Assembly (NCBI RefSeq): GCF_022539665.2
Contig: NC_081331.1
Coordinates: 6,014,001-6,078,000 of the forward strand
Direction of reading: 5' to 3'
Length of the DNA stretch: 64,000 nucleotides
From: Daphnia carinata
Lineage: Eukaryota
Shown: piece after piece, positions 1 through 11,852 of the stretch
Numbering within the stretch: position 1 is the stretch's first letter
How the letters are laid out: each line of letters starts with the position of its first letter
The notes under the pieces: generated by a model
The model's database searches: none
Seen by the model: only the letters and a program-made list of their open reading frames with translations
What the model was told of the DNA's origin: nothing
Position numbers and translations under genes: made by a program

Positions 1-611
1 TTTGTAAACAATTACGCTCCAATGTATCCACAGAGCACTTGTAGTTTACTTCATCTGTTTCAGTGGCAGTAAAATGCCATCCTTTCATTCTAGCTGCAAG
101 TATGGGGTAGATACAGCATGCCCCAGTCCCAATATCAATCCCATGTACCAATTGTTCTGTAGTTGGTTTGACTGATTGTAGTAAATCTTCAACCCACAGT
201 AAGTAGTTAAGGCGTAATGGAAGAGTTGGAACTAATCTATCAGGAGGCAATTCCACTTCAAGATTAAAATCTCGCTTTAGAAGAACAGTGGACAGAGCTC
301 TGACTGCAGCTGCATCCTTGAAATCAATTTCGATTTTTCCTGACAGTTTCTGAAATAAAAAACCAAACATTGAAACCATATTTGATAAAATGAAAAGGAC
401 ACATCTTGTATTACAGCATTTGAATATCAAAATGCATAGAAAGAAATAGAGTGATAAAGCAGGTTAAGTATAGATGTTTTGTACAATTATTAAATGCTAC
501 TGAAAACAAAAATGAGATTGTCACCTGCTTTGCGTATTTGCGAAACTCTGGGAATTTGAGTGCCAGTTCCTTGAAGTCTGGAGCAATTCGGTAAGGATTG
601 CGTGGATGCAT
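1..611 (-). CDS. METTL16: RNA m6A methyltransferase METTL16, 5' part (runs off the left edge)
   Basis: Exon 1 at 611-525 encodes MHPRNPY..PDFKELALKFPEF and is followed by a GT-AG intron. Exon 2 from 349 encodes IDFKDAAAVRAL..LLKRDFNL..PPDRLVPTLPLRLNYLLWVEDLL..GIDIGTGACCIYPILAA, typical of the METTL16 methyltransferase domain. Confidence 0.95.
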
Positions 612-733
612 AACTGAATTCACGTTAGAAAACCTGACAGCAATACAGCAACCGGCAAAACTGATGTTCGTATAACGAGCGAAAAAAGTAACAGCTGATA
701 AACACGTGCGTCTTTTGTTTGAAAAGCCAAAAA
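612..733. promoter_or_regulatory. Putative bidirectional promoter METTL16/MRPL44
   Basis: The divergent ATGs are only 122 bp apart. Confidence 0.7.
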
Positions 734-2055
734 ATGGCCGCTCTGTGGAAGACATGCCAGCAATGTCTCCGTTATGGATTTTCAAACGTCTCTATTTATA
801 CGTCAATAACAGCAGTAAATGTAATTTCCAAGAGAAATTTTAAGGCCCGTTGGGTTGCGCCGACATTGAGGGAGTTGAAACAAAGAAAAGTAGTAGAGGA
901 GGACCGGAATGGAGGTCCAAAAATTTTTCATCGAAGTACTTTCCTTGAATGGTACTATGCTTAAATTCCATAGGTTAATTAACTCAATATTTTAAATGCA
1001 AAATCCATTTTAGGAACTATGATGCAGAAATCTTTGCCTTCAGCAACAGACTGGGAGAGAAATTTAATGATTCATCTTTACGAGCAGCATTAACACATAA
1101 ATCCTACATTGAAAGGGAAACTGCCAGGCTGTCAGAGATTGGTGTGGAATCAAACTTACAGTTCCAAGATAATGAAGCCCTTTCCCAGAAAGGGGGTGAA
1201 ATGTTGAGCAAGTTTATCAATGGTTATCTGAGAGCAGTATTCACACAAGTACCTGAAGAGCTTATAACGTATAATTCTTTTGCCTTACATTGCTCACCAA
1301 GATTTGGTTTTGTAAATTCAAACTTCTTACAATTAGAGCAATGCATGACTTCCTGACTTCCAACCCAACTTTAGAAACTGTTGCGAAACATATAGGGCTC
1401 GGTGATCTGATGCTGTGTGCTGTAAGTTTCCACATGACATTTTTCCTTAATCCATGTAAATAATGTACATTTCAAACATTAGGATTTCCCTTGTGAAACA
1501 GAAACCTATGTCAAATCCTTTAAGGCAATTGTTGCGGCTTTGGCTGAAAGTTCGGGTGAAGAACGTGCCCGAATTTTTGTTCAAGATCTGGTTGTTACGC
1601 AGTTGTATGGTCAAGATGTAAATGAATTGTGGAATCCTGTTGATCCTATAGGAAATTTGACGGCAATCCTCAAGCGGGAAGGAAAAGCTGAGCCAGAATT
1701 TCGGCTTATAAAACAGGCTGGATCAAATTCAATTCTTGCTGTTTTCTACGTGGGAGTATATTCCGATAAAAATTTTATTGCAGAAGGTAAATGTACTTTA
1801 TACGTATTCACAAAAAAATTTGGGTTCTATAAAATTGTATACGATATAGGTGCAGGAGAAAGTTTAGAAGTCGCCAAAGAAATGGCAGCACGTGAAGCAT
1901 TAAAAAAATTCTTTCACACAGAGGATTCAATGAGGGCGTTGCCATTTGGACGGCAGTTGAAGAACATTCAGTCCAAAATAGCACAGTTAGAAAACCAACC
2001 AAATGTACCACTTAGTGAATGGATCTCAGGAAAAGTCGTGTCCGCTGTTCACTGA
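734..2055 (+). CDS. MRPL44: Mitochondrial ribosomal protein L44 (RNase III-like + dsRBD), about 5 exons
   Basis: Basic N-terminal targeting peptide, then RWVAPTLRELKQRK..RSTFLEW|NYDAEIFAFSNRLGE, then FVQDLVVTQL..DVNELW..P..EPEFRLIKQAG..LAVFYVGVYSDK..G.GESL.VA.EMAAREALKKFF. Canonical splice sites join the pieces. Confidence 0.93.
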
Positions 2056-2147
2056 TATCGAAATTCATGTGAATTATACTGAATAACTGGATATGACGGC
2101 TGACAAATATAGAGTTTGAAACATTGAACTAAGTGATGGGTATGGCC

Positions 2148-5100
2148 TTATTCTTGGGTCTGAGCTTCACCAGTGTCGGTAATTACTTGTCCGTCCTTGT
2201 TCTTAACACGTATTCTTCCATTAGCGTATCTGGTTTCTGATCGACCATCTTCATAAACTGTTTTAACAGTGCCATCAGGATATTCTCTTCTCTAGTCGAC
2301 GTTAAAAAAATGTAACGATGAAGTTCCTGTTGTGACAAGATTTTAAAACAAATTTCACCTTGCAAATTGGTGTGTAGATTTCTCGAATGCCAGAAGGAAA
2401 GGTCATAACGCCATGTCCTTTGCCATCCGTCCATAGCTTTGTGCCATCAGGCAACTGAGAATCCTCTCGTCCATCGGGATATTTCGTCTTCTGTGCACCT
2501 CCAGGATACAAGACATGAGATCGGCCATCTGGATAGGTAGTCTCTATCTGTCCGCTACAAGTAAATAATCCCTTAGCGACACCTAAAGCTTTCATAAGAT
2601 ATTTGCAACACCAAACCTTGAAAATTCTAGAATGTCTGTTCCATCTGGCTTGGTTGTATGTTTCGTCCCGCTATCTGCATAGGTGTATACTACGCTTCCA
2701 TCAGCCAACTTCTGTTTAATGTCACCGTTGTAGTAGACGACTTGGGTTCCTCTGCCATCCGGCCAGATTTCTTTACGATTGCCATTGGGGTAGAGCACTA
2801 GCTTGGTTCCGTCCGGTAATACAGTTTGAGAAACAGTTCCTACGACAGTAATCGTTTATGACAAGGTAACAAACTAAAAAATTTCGAAATTCTAAACAAA
2901 CCAGATCCTGGACTGGAATTCGTGGCGCAGATTTCTTCCATTTTTTTGGGATTAACTGTTTCACCGACTTTATTTGGTTCTTTCTGGGCATTTCGAGGCG
3001 ATGGAATGGCTTCGTTAGAAATAACCAAAGCCACCTGTGGACTCTGCGGCTGAGGTTCAGGTCCACTTTCTTCTGTTACTACAGGGAGTGGTTTATCAGA
3101 TTTTGAATTTTTCGCCTGCATTTTACAAGTACGTTATAGCTATTGGAAATTCTAAGATATTAGCTATATGTAAAATACCAAAGCCCCAGGTCGAAGACTA
3201 GCATTTAGACGACGTCGTAAATTTTGCTCTTCTGTACGCAATTTTTCAAGATTCTCAGTTAATTCGCGGTTTCGAATTTCAAGCGTGCGTATCTTTTCCT
3301 GAACCTTGGTTTGGTTTGCCATCCATTTATTTTCTTTCTGTCGATGTTCTTCCTTTGTTTGTTTCAACTCTTCCCTTAACCTGCTTAATTGCTCCTCGTT
3401 TTCTTCAAAAGAACAAAACAACTTACTTAGCAGTGGAGTTCTCAAAGCTTTTTAGCCAGCAGATACCTTTTAGTTGAGGAAGATCTTTAAGTTGTTCTAT
3501 TCGCACTCTCTTTTGTTCTTCGCTATACAGCAACTGCAGTCTTCGCTTTTCGTTTTCTGCGTATCGCTTAAATTTTTCTTGTTCCTGTTCCAACTTTTGT
3601 TTCGATTCGTCATGTTCTTTCCTTGCCCGACGTACGGCATCGGTTTCGCGTCGGTAGTTTGCTATTTCGCGCTCCAGGCTGGTAAGTCTGGATCGCAAGA
3701 GTGACGTTTGATAAACGATACGAGGATCTTCTATCGGTAATGGTAACGCTGCACCTGTTGGAATGATTTAAAATGAAGGTGAATGCCCTACGCGAAATGT
3801 AATTTTTAAGATACCTTTCATTTGATTGACGACAGGATCGGATAGGTCACCGAGGGGATTATTATTTTTAAGAAAACTATTGTCTTGAGTGGGAGACGGG
3901 AGCTCTTCATTCGTGAATAATGATCGAATCGGGTTGCCAAAAAGTTTTTGGTAATCGGGAAACCCTATTGGGGAAGTAGGCGTTTCATCCAAATCGAAGC
4001 AGCTTTCTATAGGACTCGCCGGACGGTCTGACTGATGGCTGGGTCGAATTGTATTGGAAATGTAGGGTGATGCGTGAGATTCGCACGCGTTTTCTTCCGG
4101 GATATCTGCCAACCATGGTTTTTCGCAATCTTCGTTTGACATGCTACGTGGCTGATCTGCGTCGACAGTCTCTGCAAAGCGAACATGCCTAGTTGGTTTT
4201 CCCGCTTTTTTCTCTGGCGCAATGCCGGCCTCTTCACTATTGTTAACTGAAAAGTTTGTCTGTTTTCTTGAAAGGAAGTTAATAACTTTTGACGGTGAAG
4301 GAAGATGTGTAACTCCTTTATCAATGAGTTGGCCAATAAGAGATGAACTGGATGAGAAACTAGCGTTAATATTGGCAAACCGTTCCAAGAGCTCAAATAC
4401 TGCAAGGTCTTCTTCGTTTTTAGAAGAATTAACTTCTTGTAGAGACTCGTCGACATTTACTTGGGCCTGGAACGGTACAATCTCCATGCTAACTTTAGTA
4501 TCTTGCAATGGTTCCAAGGGAACTGATTTCAGTTTAACCTGATTTCGCATGTGGGATACTGGCTGTTTATTTGTCTTTGGGGCTTCTTTTGTGGTAGCAT
4601 TTGTTGTAGAACTAAATGGAATTTTGTTTTCAAAGCATGGGGCTTCTTTTCCAGTAGAAGTTGTAGAACTAAATGGAATTCTGTTTTCTTTTCCGGCTGT
4701 TGCTTTGGACTGAGTTCTCTTCTCTACCCTTGGCTTTGAAATCACACCAAACCTTGATATTCCCTGTCCTCTTTTGAGAAATGGGAATTTCTTTGCCTGG
4801 CCAGCATTTTGCGATGACAGAACTTGATCTTTACTACTCATTGAGGTTTCTAGCAATTGACTGAATGTGCGCACAGACTTTGGTTTTTTCAGTGGTACAT
4901 CATCAACATTGTTTGGTGAGGTTATAGAAATCTTTGGACTGTTGCATCTGTTTTCTTTTGGATTCTCGAGTCCTTCTTCCACAATAAAATTGGATGGCTC
5001 CAGGGTTCCAAGTGATGTATTTTCTGGGATGGTTGCACCATCACAAGTATTTATCATAGACAGAAGTTTTTTCTGTTTTTCAATCAGAAGCAGTCTTTGT

Positions 5101-5207
5101 TGTTGCTGTTGTTCTATCAAACGGTTTTTCTGCTCTTGCTGCCAAACCCTTAGTTGCTGAAGCACATCTTCCGACATAACACCATCCGCGGATATTCCAC
5201 TATCCAT
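2148..5207 (-). CDS. Sas-4: Centriolar protein Sas-4/CPAP/CENPJ
   Basis: Large first exon with a coiled coil and the PN2-3-like motif [15 protein letters not shown], central coiled coils, and a C-terminal TCP/G-box domain ([36 protein letters not shown] repeats ..[30 protein letters not shown]). Stop at 2150-2148. Start taken as ATG 5207. Confidence 0.92.
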
Positions 5208-5896
5208 ATTTGAATTTGAAGCACGTATGCAAAAATTTTTTTCATAAAATCGTGATTCAAAATTACGTTGACGACCTAAAAGTTGAAACGTCAAACAAAA
5301 CTGATTGTTTGAATCCCGATAGTCGATAGTTTCAATATCGATTTCCATGCAGCAATTGGTTTTATTTCATTTTTCGTGTTTTTTCTTACGTTAAAAATAT
5401 TAACTGTTGACTCTTAATTGAATTATTTAATTTCATCGAACGCAACAAAGCATTTTTTTTTTCAGAAACATTACCGGTTAATTCGTTCTAACATTTGACG
5501 GCAGAGGGCAATGGCTACGTCCTTGACAATCTATTGATGGCCACTACTGGATGGCGGGCTTTACTACAGGAGGCATGGGAGGGGGGGCTTTGGATTTCCT
5601 TGCTATCAGCTGGGTTCTCAGCTCGGCTCAAAACGGCTCGGACAGCCAGAGGAGTCTTTTACTAGTTTCTTACTCCGTCGAGTGAGGCAAAAATCGTAGT
5701 CAAATCTGACGAAATACTTTTGCCTGTCCGTTTTACACAAATGGCTAGTTTTCCTGTTAGACGTGTTATTTGTGTCTGATCTTTCAAACCGATCGGTCTC
5801 GTTTTTGTTCTTCAGTGCCCATCCGTGGTGTGGCGGTTCCTGTTTACTCTCTTTTAATAATAGTTCAGGAACAGAATTTTGCTGATTTCTTCGAAA

Positions 5897-8800
5897 ATGG
5901 AACTTGCCAGTGCCAAATCGAAGCGTGTTTATAAAGTCGTCTTGACCGGAGGTAAAAAAATGTGAAATTTCAAAGGAAAACGTCCTAGTGCACGTGCTTA
6001 CAACTTAGTGCAGCATGGGCGACAGGGGCTTGTCGATGCTTGCCAGACTTTTATTGATTTTTCGTTTTACAAATATTTGTTGGCTTCGTATTTTGAAATA
6101 TTTCATAAATTACGTTTTCAAGTAGAGCCTTAAAAATTTAAGAGAATAGCCAAATCAAATTTTTGTTTTTTCTTAACTCTGCTCACTGAATTCACTTAGG
6201 CCCATGTGGCGGGAAAACAACCGGCCAGTCGAGGCTGTGCACCTTCTTTGAAAATCTGGGATGGAAGGTATTCTACTGGGGCGTAGAGTTTATTTTATTG
6301 ACGTTAGTACATCGTCATTTTTTTTTATTTATTTATTTTTCATTTTAGGTGTTCAGGGTGCCTGAAACTGCCTCAACTTTACTCAGGTTAGAATCAACGG
6401 CATTTGTTCTTGGTTAATCAGTTGCCTGCGATGAGATCGCATGTCGCCGTTGGGCGTTTTTCAAACGTTTTAGCCTTTACCGCCTATTATTTACAGTAGT
6501 ATTTAAAATAATCTCCTAGCATGTTATCTCTAAGCAATATTTTCAGCATTTTTTTTATACGCTTCGTTTCTCATCTAGTGGCGGAGTGAAGTTTGCCGAT
6601 CTGTCGCCTGAAGATGGTAAGATGCAATTCTTTCTAGTTTTTTCTAAATTTAGTTACTTTCCCTTTGTCCCTCGTGATTCTTGAAGACTCGTGTGTTGCA
6701 TTCATGAATTGTTACTCGGATTTTAATTTCGGAACGGTGCTCATACTCTGTCATATGATGTGATTGATGTGACTAAAAAACAAGTATACGATAGCAATAG
6801 TGGTTTTTTAGGCTCAAGCTCAGGGTCAAGTAATGCAGTTAACGATCCATTATACGGGCAAGCGAAATGAAAACCTTGGGTCCTTTCTGATCGATGTCAG
6901 CAGCGCTACTGTATTCCTTTACAAAAATCGGCCGTAGTCCGTGTTTCTGCTTTCGAATTGTTAAGTTTAAAAGGGTAAAAATAGCCTTCGTGCGTCGGGA
7001 AATCTGCTGGTTGAAGGAGCTGCCTGGGTAAACGTGTTTGTCAGCATGGCTCGCGAGCCCCCCTTTTGTTTTCTATTTCATTCTTAGTTTCTTTCTTTCT
7101 TCCTTTTCTCGGTTGAAGGGAGAAGATGGTCACCTGCCAATAATGTGCCCGGATGGTGTTCCTCTACATATTCTCCGATTGACGTAATGCAGCAGATGCC
7201 TTTAATGTTCCCCGTATTCGTTGGCACGGTTTGTAATTGTTTCCTCTCGTATTGTGAACATCAGGATAGGAAAAATTGCGAAACTTTGCCATGTTTCCTT
7301 TATGGATGGGTTGGATATCGCTCCTTCATGTAAGATGACATACGAACCTCGTATGTTAGGGTCTAATTTGCTGGCAAGCAAAGCCTTTTCACTGCGATTT
7401 GTTATCGATGGGAACCGGCTGCAAAATATTAACGGTTAAATGAATGCGCCTTACCCGAAGTTTAGTCGATTCCCGTTATCCGCTTTCACCGATCATGTAT
7501 CATCCGCGTATCATATTGGGGCGATCGAACTGAATCATTGATGGTCCATCTCGTCCCTACCGATCGTATGTCACTATATCGGAAGGACGCGATCAAATAT
7601 ACATTCATCCCGTATTGATTGGCCATGAGACTGTTGTTTACCGTATAGTTAACACAGTGTAACTCAACCAAAGTTTAATTTCACTTTATTCTCTCCAACG
7701 CAGCTATCATGTTTCAAGAAAATTTGCTGAAAACGATGATTCAAATGGAAAACACGTTCTTTGCGTTGGCTGAACGATTCAACCGTGATTGCATCATCAT
7801 TTGCGACCGAGGAACCATGGACGCATCCGCCTGTAAGTTGTTCTACATGATTCACATTTCGTCTTCGTTTCGTCTTCTAAACTGAAATGTCAAGTTACAA
7901 TAGCTGTGGGAAAAATAGTTGGATTGACCATTGCAATAGGGACATGCTGGTAAACTAATACGAGTGATCTAGTTTCACCTTCGATCAACCGCAAAGGTAT
8001 CAAACTAAAGGAAACGAGATGTGCAGTTCGTGCAGCAACTGCGTTATTCTTCAGACACGCACGAAAGGAAAATGCAAGTGCACAGTATCGATTGCTGATG
8101 CATTATGCAGATTAAATGATTTAACCAGACTTTCCATGAATAACTATTGCGACTAGACCTTAATTCTGTGGTTTACTGATTGCAATTGGAAGTTGGGCGT
8201 GTAGACTTAGTGCGATTGCCCTTGATCTCGTTAATCGTAAGTTTCATGTCGAATAAACAAAACTGCTGAAGGTTATTCGAAACACGTTCAGTAACGCAGA
8301 AGAAATACCCTTGTGATGTTTTTTCTGATTAGTCTGACAAACAGGCATAGAACATTTATCAGTTAGGTGTAACAGTTAAATTATGCCTTAGATAGCGAGA
8401 TATGGTGTCCTTTTATATTTATTTGTTAATTCCTATATCTTGCGTAAATGATCCACACATGACTGCATTCGTGCCTTTTGTTAAATTTTTTTTTTTTATT
8501 TCGTTTAGTTGTCTCAAAAGAAGTTTGGGAGCAACTGATGAAGACAAACGGGTGGAATCCGGTCGAACTGAGGGACACGAGATACAATCAAATCATCCAC
8601 ATGGTGTCAGCAGCTAAAGGCGCTGAGGACTTCTACACCACCGAGGTAAAATAATGCTGCATAGCTGTAAGAATCTTCAGCGCTTTGTTATTTTATGTGA
8701 TCGTATTTTTTTTCTTTACATTAATCAAAACAGGATCATTCTTGTCGAAGTGAAAATCTTGATTTAGCCCACACCTTGGACGATCGTGCGGCTGAAGCCT

Positions 8801-10143
8801 GGATTGGTCATCCTTACTTTGATGTTATAGACAATTCGACTAATTTTGACACCAAACTTCGTCGAATGATAAGCGTATGTTAAACATGAGTTTTTATTTT
8901 TATTAGCACTGCATCTTTTATAATCAAATGCAGGCTGTTTGTCAGCGGATGGGCCTGGATACTGGTGATCGGCTGGAAACCAACGCAAGGAAGTTAAAGT
9001 TTCTGGTTCGTTCGCTACCTGATGATAGTAAGTTTCCTCCCTTTGAAGACTTTGATGTCATTCATGACTACTTGCAAACAAATTCAAAGAAAACCCAAGC
9101 CCGATTAAGAAAGAGAGGTCAAAAAGGTGAGTTACATGATCTTAGATCACAAAAAATTGAACTGCAGTGAGCATGTATTGATTGCATGCGATATTGGTAG
9201 ATCGTTGGAGCTATACTTTAACAGTACGTCGACCCGAAGTACGCGGTCAAGTGGTAGAAATCAAGACGCAAATCACAAGCAGAGACTACTCTAACATGCT
9301 AGAGCAACGCGATCCATTTCACCTTACCATTTTAAAGAAAAGACGCTGCTTTCTCTACCACAACCAATATTTTCAACTGGATATTTACAAAGAGCCTTGC
9401 CATCCAAGGTATACTTAGCGATTGGATTTTGTCCAATATAAACAATTTACAAGAAAACACTCTTCATCACAGATGCCATGGCTTAGTGTTGTTGGAAACA
9501 TATACGACACAGTCGTTGGAGGAATTCCAAGCTCATAAGTTGCCCGATTTCCTCGACATCGTCGGTAATGTGACGGGTGACCCAACCCACTCTATGTACA
9601 ACCTTTCTCTTAAAGAGGAATGGTTGAATAATAAAAAGTTCTGCTTCAAACTAGCAGGTACGCAATAATATTCAATGGTAATGATTAGTTAATTACGATG
9701 TTTTTGTTTGCTCGAAAATTGGGTCGAATTTCGTAATGTCCAAGGGGAGATTTGATAGACAGTGGGATAAAAATTGCATTTAGTCTAATGATGTATTAAA
9801 GGTTCCGTATTTTAAATTATTGACTCAGCTGAATTGCACGAGGAATTGGGCTGAGGTAAGGATCATCGAGCTTGATGGCTAATGCTCGAATCAGATGCAT
9901 GTGTATCATAGGAATCTTTATTCACAAAATTTGTTTAGCAATTCACTATTTTTCCTACAGTATCGCTGTTTCTGCTGTTTCCATTTTGTTTTGTTTTTTA
10001 AATTAGTTTCTATACATTTCAACTGATACGTGTTTTCCTTTTTCATATCGGAAAATCAAATACCAACAGCCGATGATGAGGATGACCTGACTGGAAGCCC
10101 TCGAACCAATGGCTGGGCGGGGCCACACGTAAATGGAGTTTAA
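5897..10143 (+). CDS. Ttd14: TRPL translocation defect protein 14 (P-loop NTPase + CYTH-like domain), about 11 exons
   Basis: Spliced product reads [171 protein letters not shown]. Final exon is 10070-10143. Confidence 0.9.
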
Positions 10144-10633
10144 AATTAAATTTTCAGCACGTACGGTTTATAGGGCTCAACAAGCAACCTACTATTCATC
10201 TGATTGCTACATGAGTCTCAGTTCTTATTCAAATTGTTCAACTCAATATATCGACTCCCTCACGTTATACGACAAAGAAGAAGATAAGGAAACGGAATAG
10301 TAATGGGTAGCCTACACTTGACTCTCATGATAACTAGGTTTCTTACTGCTGCTTTGTAACTAGAAAGTTGCAATACGCTCGTTTTACAATTACTAGCTAG
10401 TCTACTAAACGATTGTCACCGACAAATTGTAGCACCTGGCCGTCAATACTGAGCGACCATGTTACATTTTCTTCATTTATCCTTTACAAGTGCATTATAT
10501 CCCATGTAGTATTAATATCATTAACCCTCATTTTCTTAGACAAATACAAACACTGTATTTTTGCAGTAGTAAAACTGAACACTTTGTGGATTATTTGAAC
10601 AAGTACATATTGGTTTTGCTTTGAAAATTCCTT

Positions 10634-11300
10634 TTAATGGTGCTGATGGAGTCTTACTTTTTTCTCCGATGGATTGCCCATCTGATCACCAGAATGTCTT
10701 TTTGTTGAACATCTAGAGTTTTGGGATATTGTGGGGTTTCCAGTGCTATCATCAAAGTCTGGGCTGCATATGCTATTTTCCAAAGGATCTACTTGCTTTT
10801 GTTTCTTTTGCAACAATTCTGAGTCATGAGCGAAGACACAGTTTGATCCAAATCTGCATCTACCTTTTCTGTAGTTCCAACAGACCTTTCTTCCATTTAT
10901 TTCTTTAACATCTTCAAGTTTAGGTGCAAATTTCACATGTTTTTCAAGTGTTCCTTTTTCTGCATCTTCAGCTTCCTTGTAAGGATTTGTGAAGACAGAA
11001 TGTTTTGTAACAGTTGGTTCTGAACTTCGAAAAGGGTTCTTTAAGTTTCTTGAATATTTATCCTGCAAAGAAAAATCATCTGTTTGATCTTCATCCCTAA
11101 AAAAGAAACATTCAGAATATGGCCTACAGCTCTCATGGAAATATTCCTTACCCACTACTACTATCATCAACAATTTGAAAAAAGTTAGTTTTCTTTGTTG
11201 TTGCAGATTCTTCAGGTAATGGCAATTCAATGTTTTCGGTTGTTTCTGAAGTGTCGGACTCATCAGATCCATAACCCACCAAAAGATTTAACGATGTCAT
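10634..11300 (-). CDS. Uncharacterised single CCCH zinc-finger protein (2 exons)
   Basis: ATG 11300 gives MTSLNLLVGYGSDESD, a common LV.Y.SD N-terminal motif. The intron at 11151-11097 is GT-AG. Exon 2 contains NPFR/NPYK motifs and CWNYRKGRCRFGSNCVFAH (C-x7-C-x5-C-x3-H). Confidence 0.8.
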
Positions 11301-11852
11301 TTTTCTTGTTCACCAGGAAGCCTAACAATTAATTAAACTCGCACTGCCACTGAATAATTCCTTTTCTTGTTTGGTGTATGATTCAATAACAGCTCTAGAA
11401 AACTTTGCAGACGATCTTTCATCATAGTAAAACGGTGGCCATCTATGAAGAAATGAAATGCAATGACAAGTTCTATGATCAACTATCAGTTTATTAAATA
11501 TCCAACGGTAAATTGTAATAATCCTCGAGTAGAAAAAAACTAGCAGAACTGCAATTCAAGCATCGTGTAATCGGAAGTTTGGATGTGCAATGATTCGGAA
11601 AAAGTTAAAAAAATTGCAAACAAGAATTTAAGACCTAATAAACTACAGTTTTATTCGAACGTTATGCATCGAAAAGTCATGAATAGCTCAGGTTCAGAAC
11701 GTAATGTAAGGGTGGGATTCAAAGAGAAACGTGGAAACGATACAGACAAGAACACACCGAATGCACGATACGTTGGCCATCATTCAAACTTTTATCCAGC
11801 TTATAGCTAGACAATGTGCAACTTAAAACACAAAAACAAGAACACGGATCTC

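Noticed and set aside
5208..5348. 47-codon in-frame N-terminal extension of Sas-4
   Set aside because: It overlaps DRE-like promoter sequence (ATCGAT variants) and looks non-coding in composition. ATG 5207 is preferred.
7193..7329. Possible mutually exclusive exon in the long Ttd14 intron (ends T|GTAAG like the real exon)
   Set aside because: The available acceptors give an in-frame stop or the wrong frame, and there is no similarity to the real exon.
10144..10600. SECIS element that would recode the TGA in the Ttd14 cassette exon as selenocysteine
   Set aside because: No convincing AUGA/GA quartet stem with apical AA could be built by eye.
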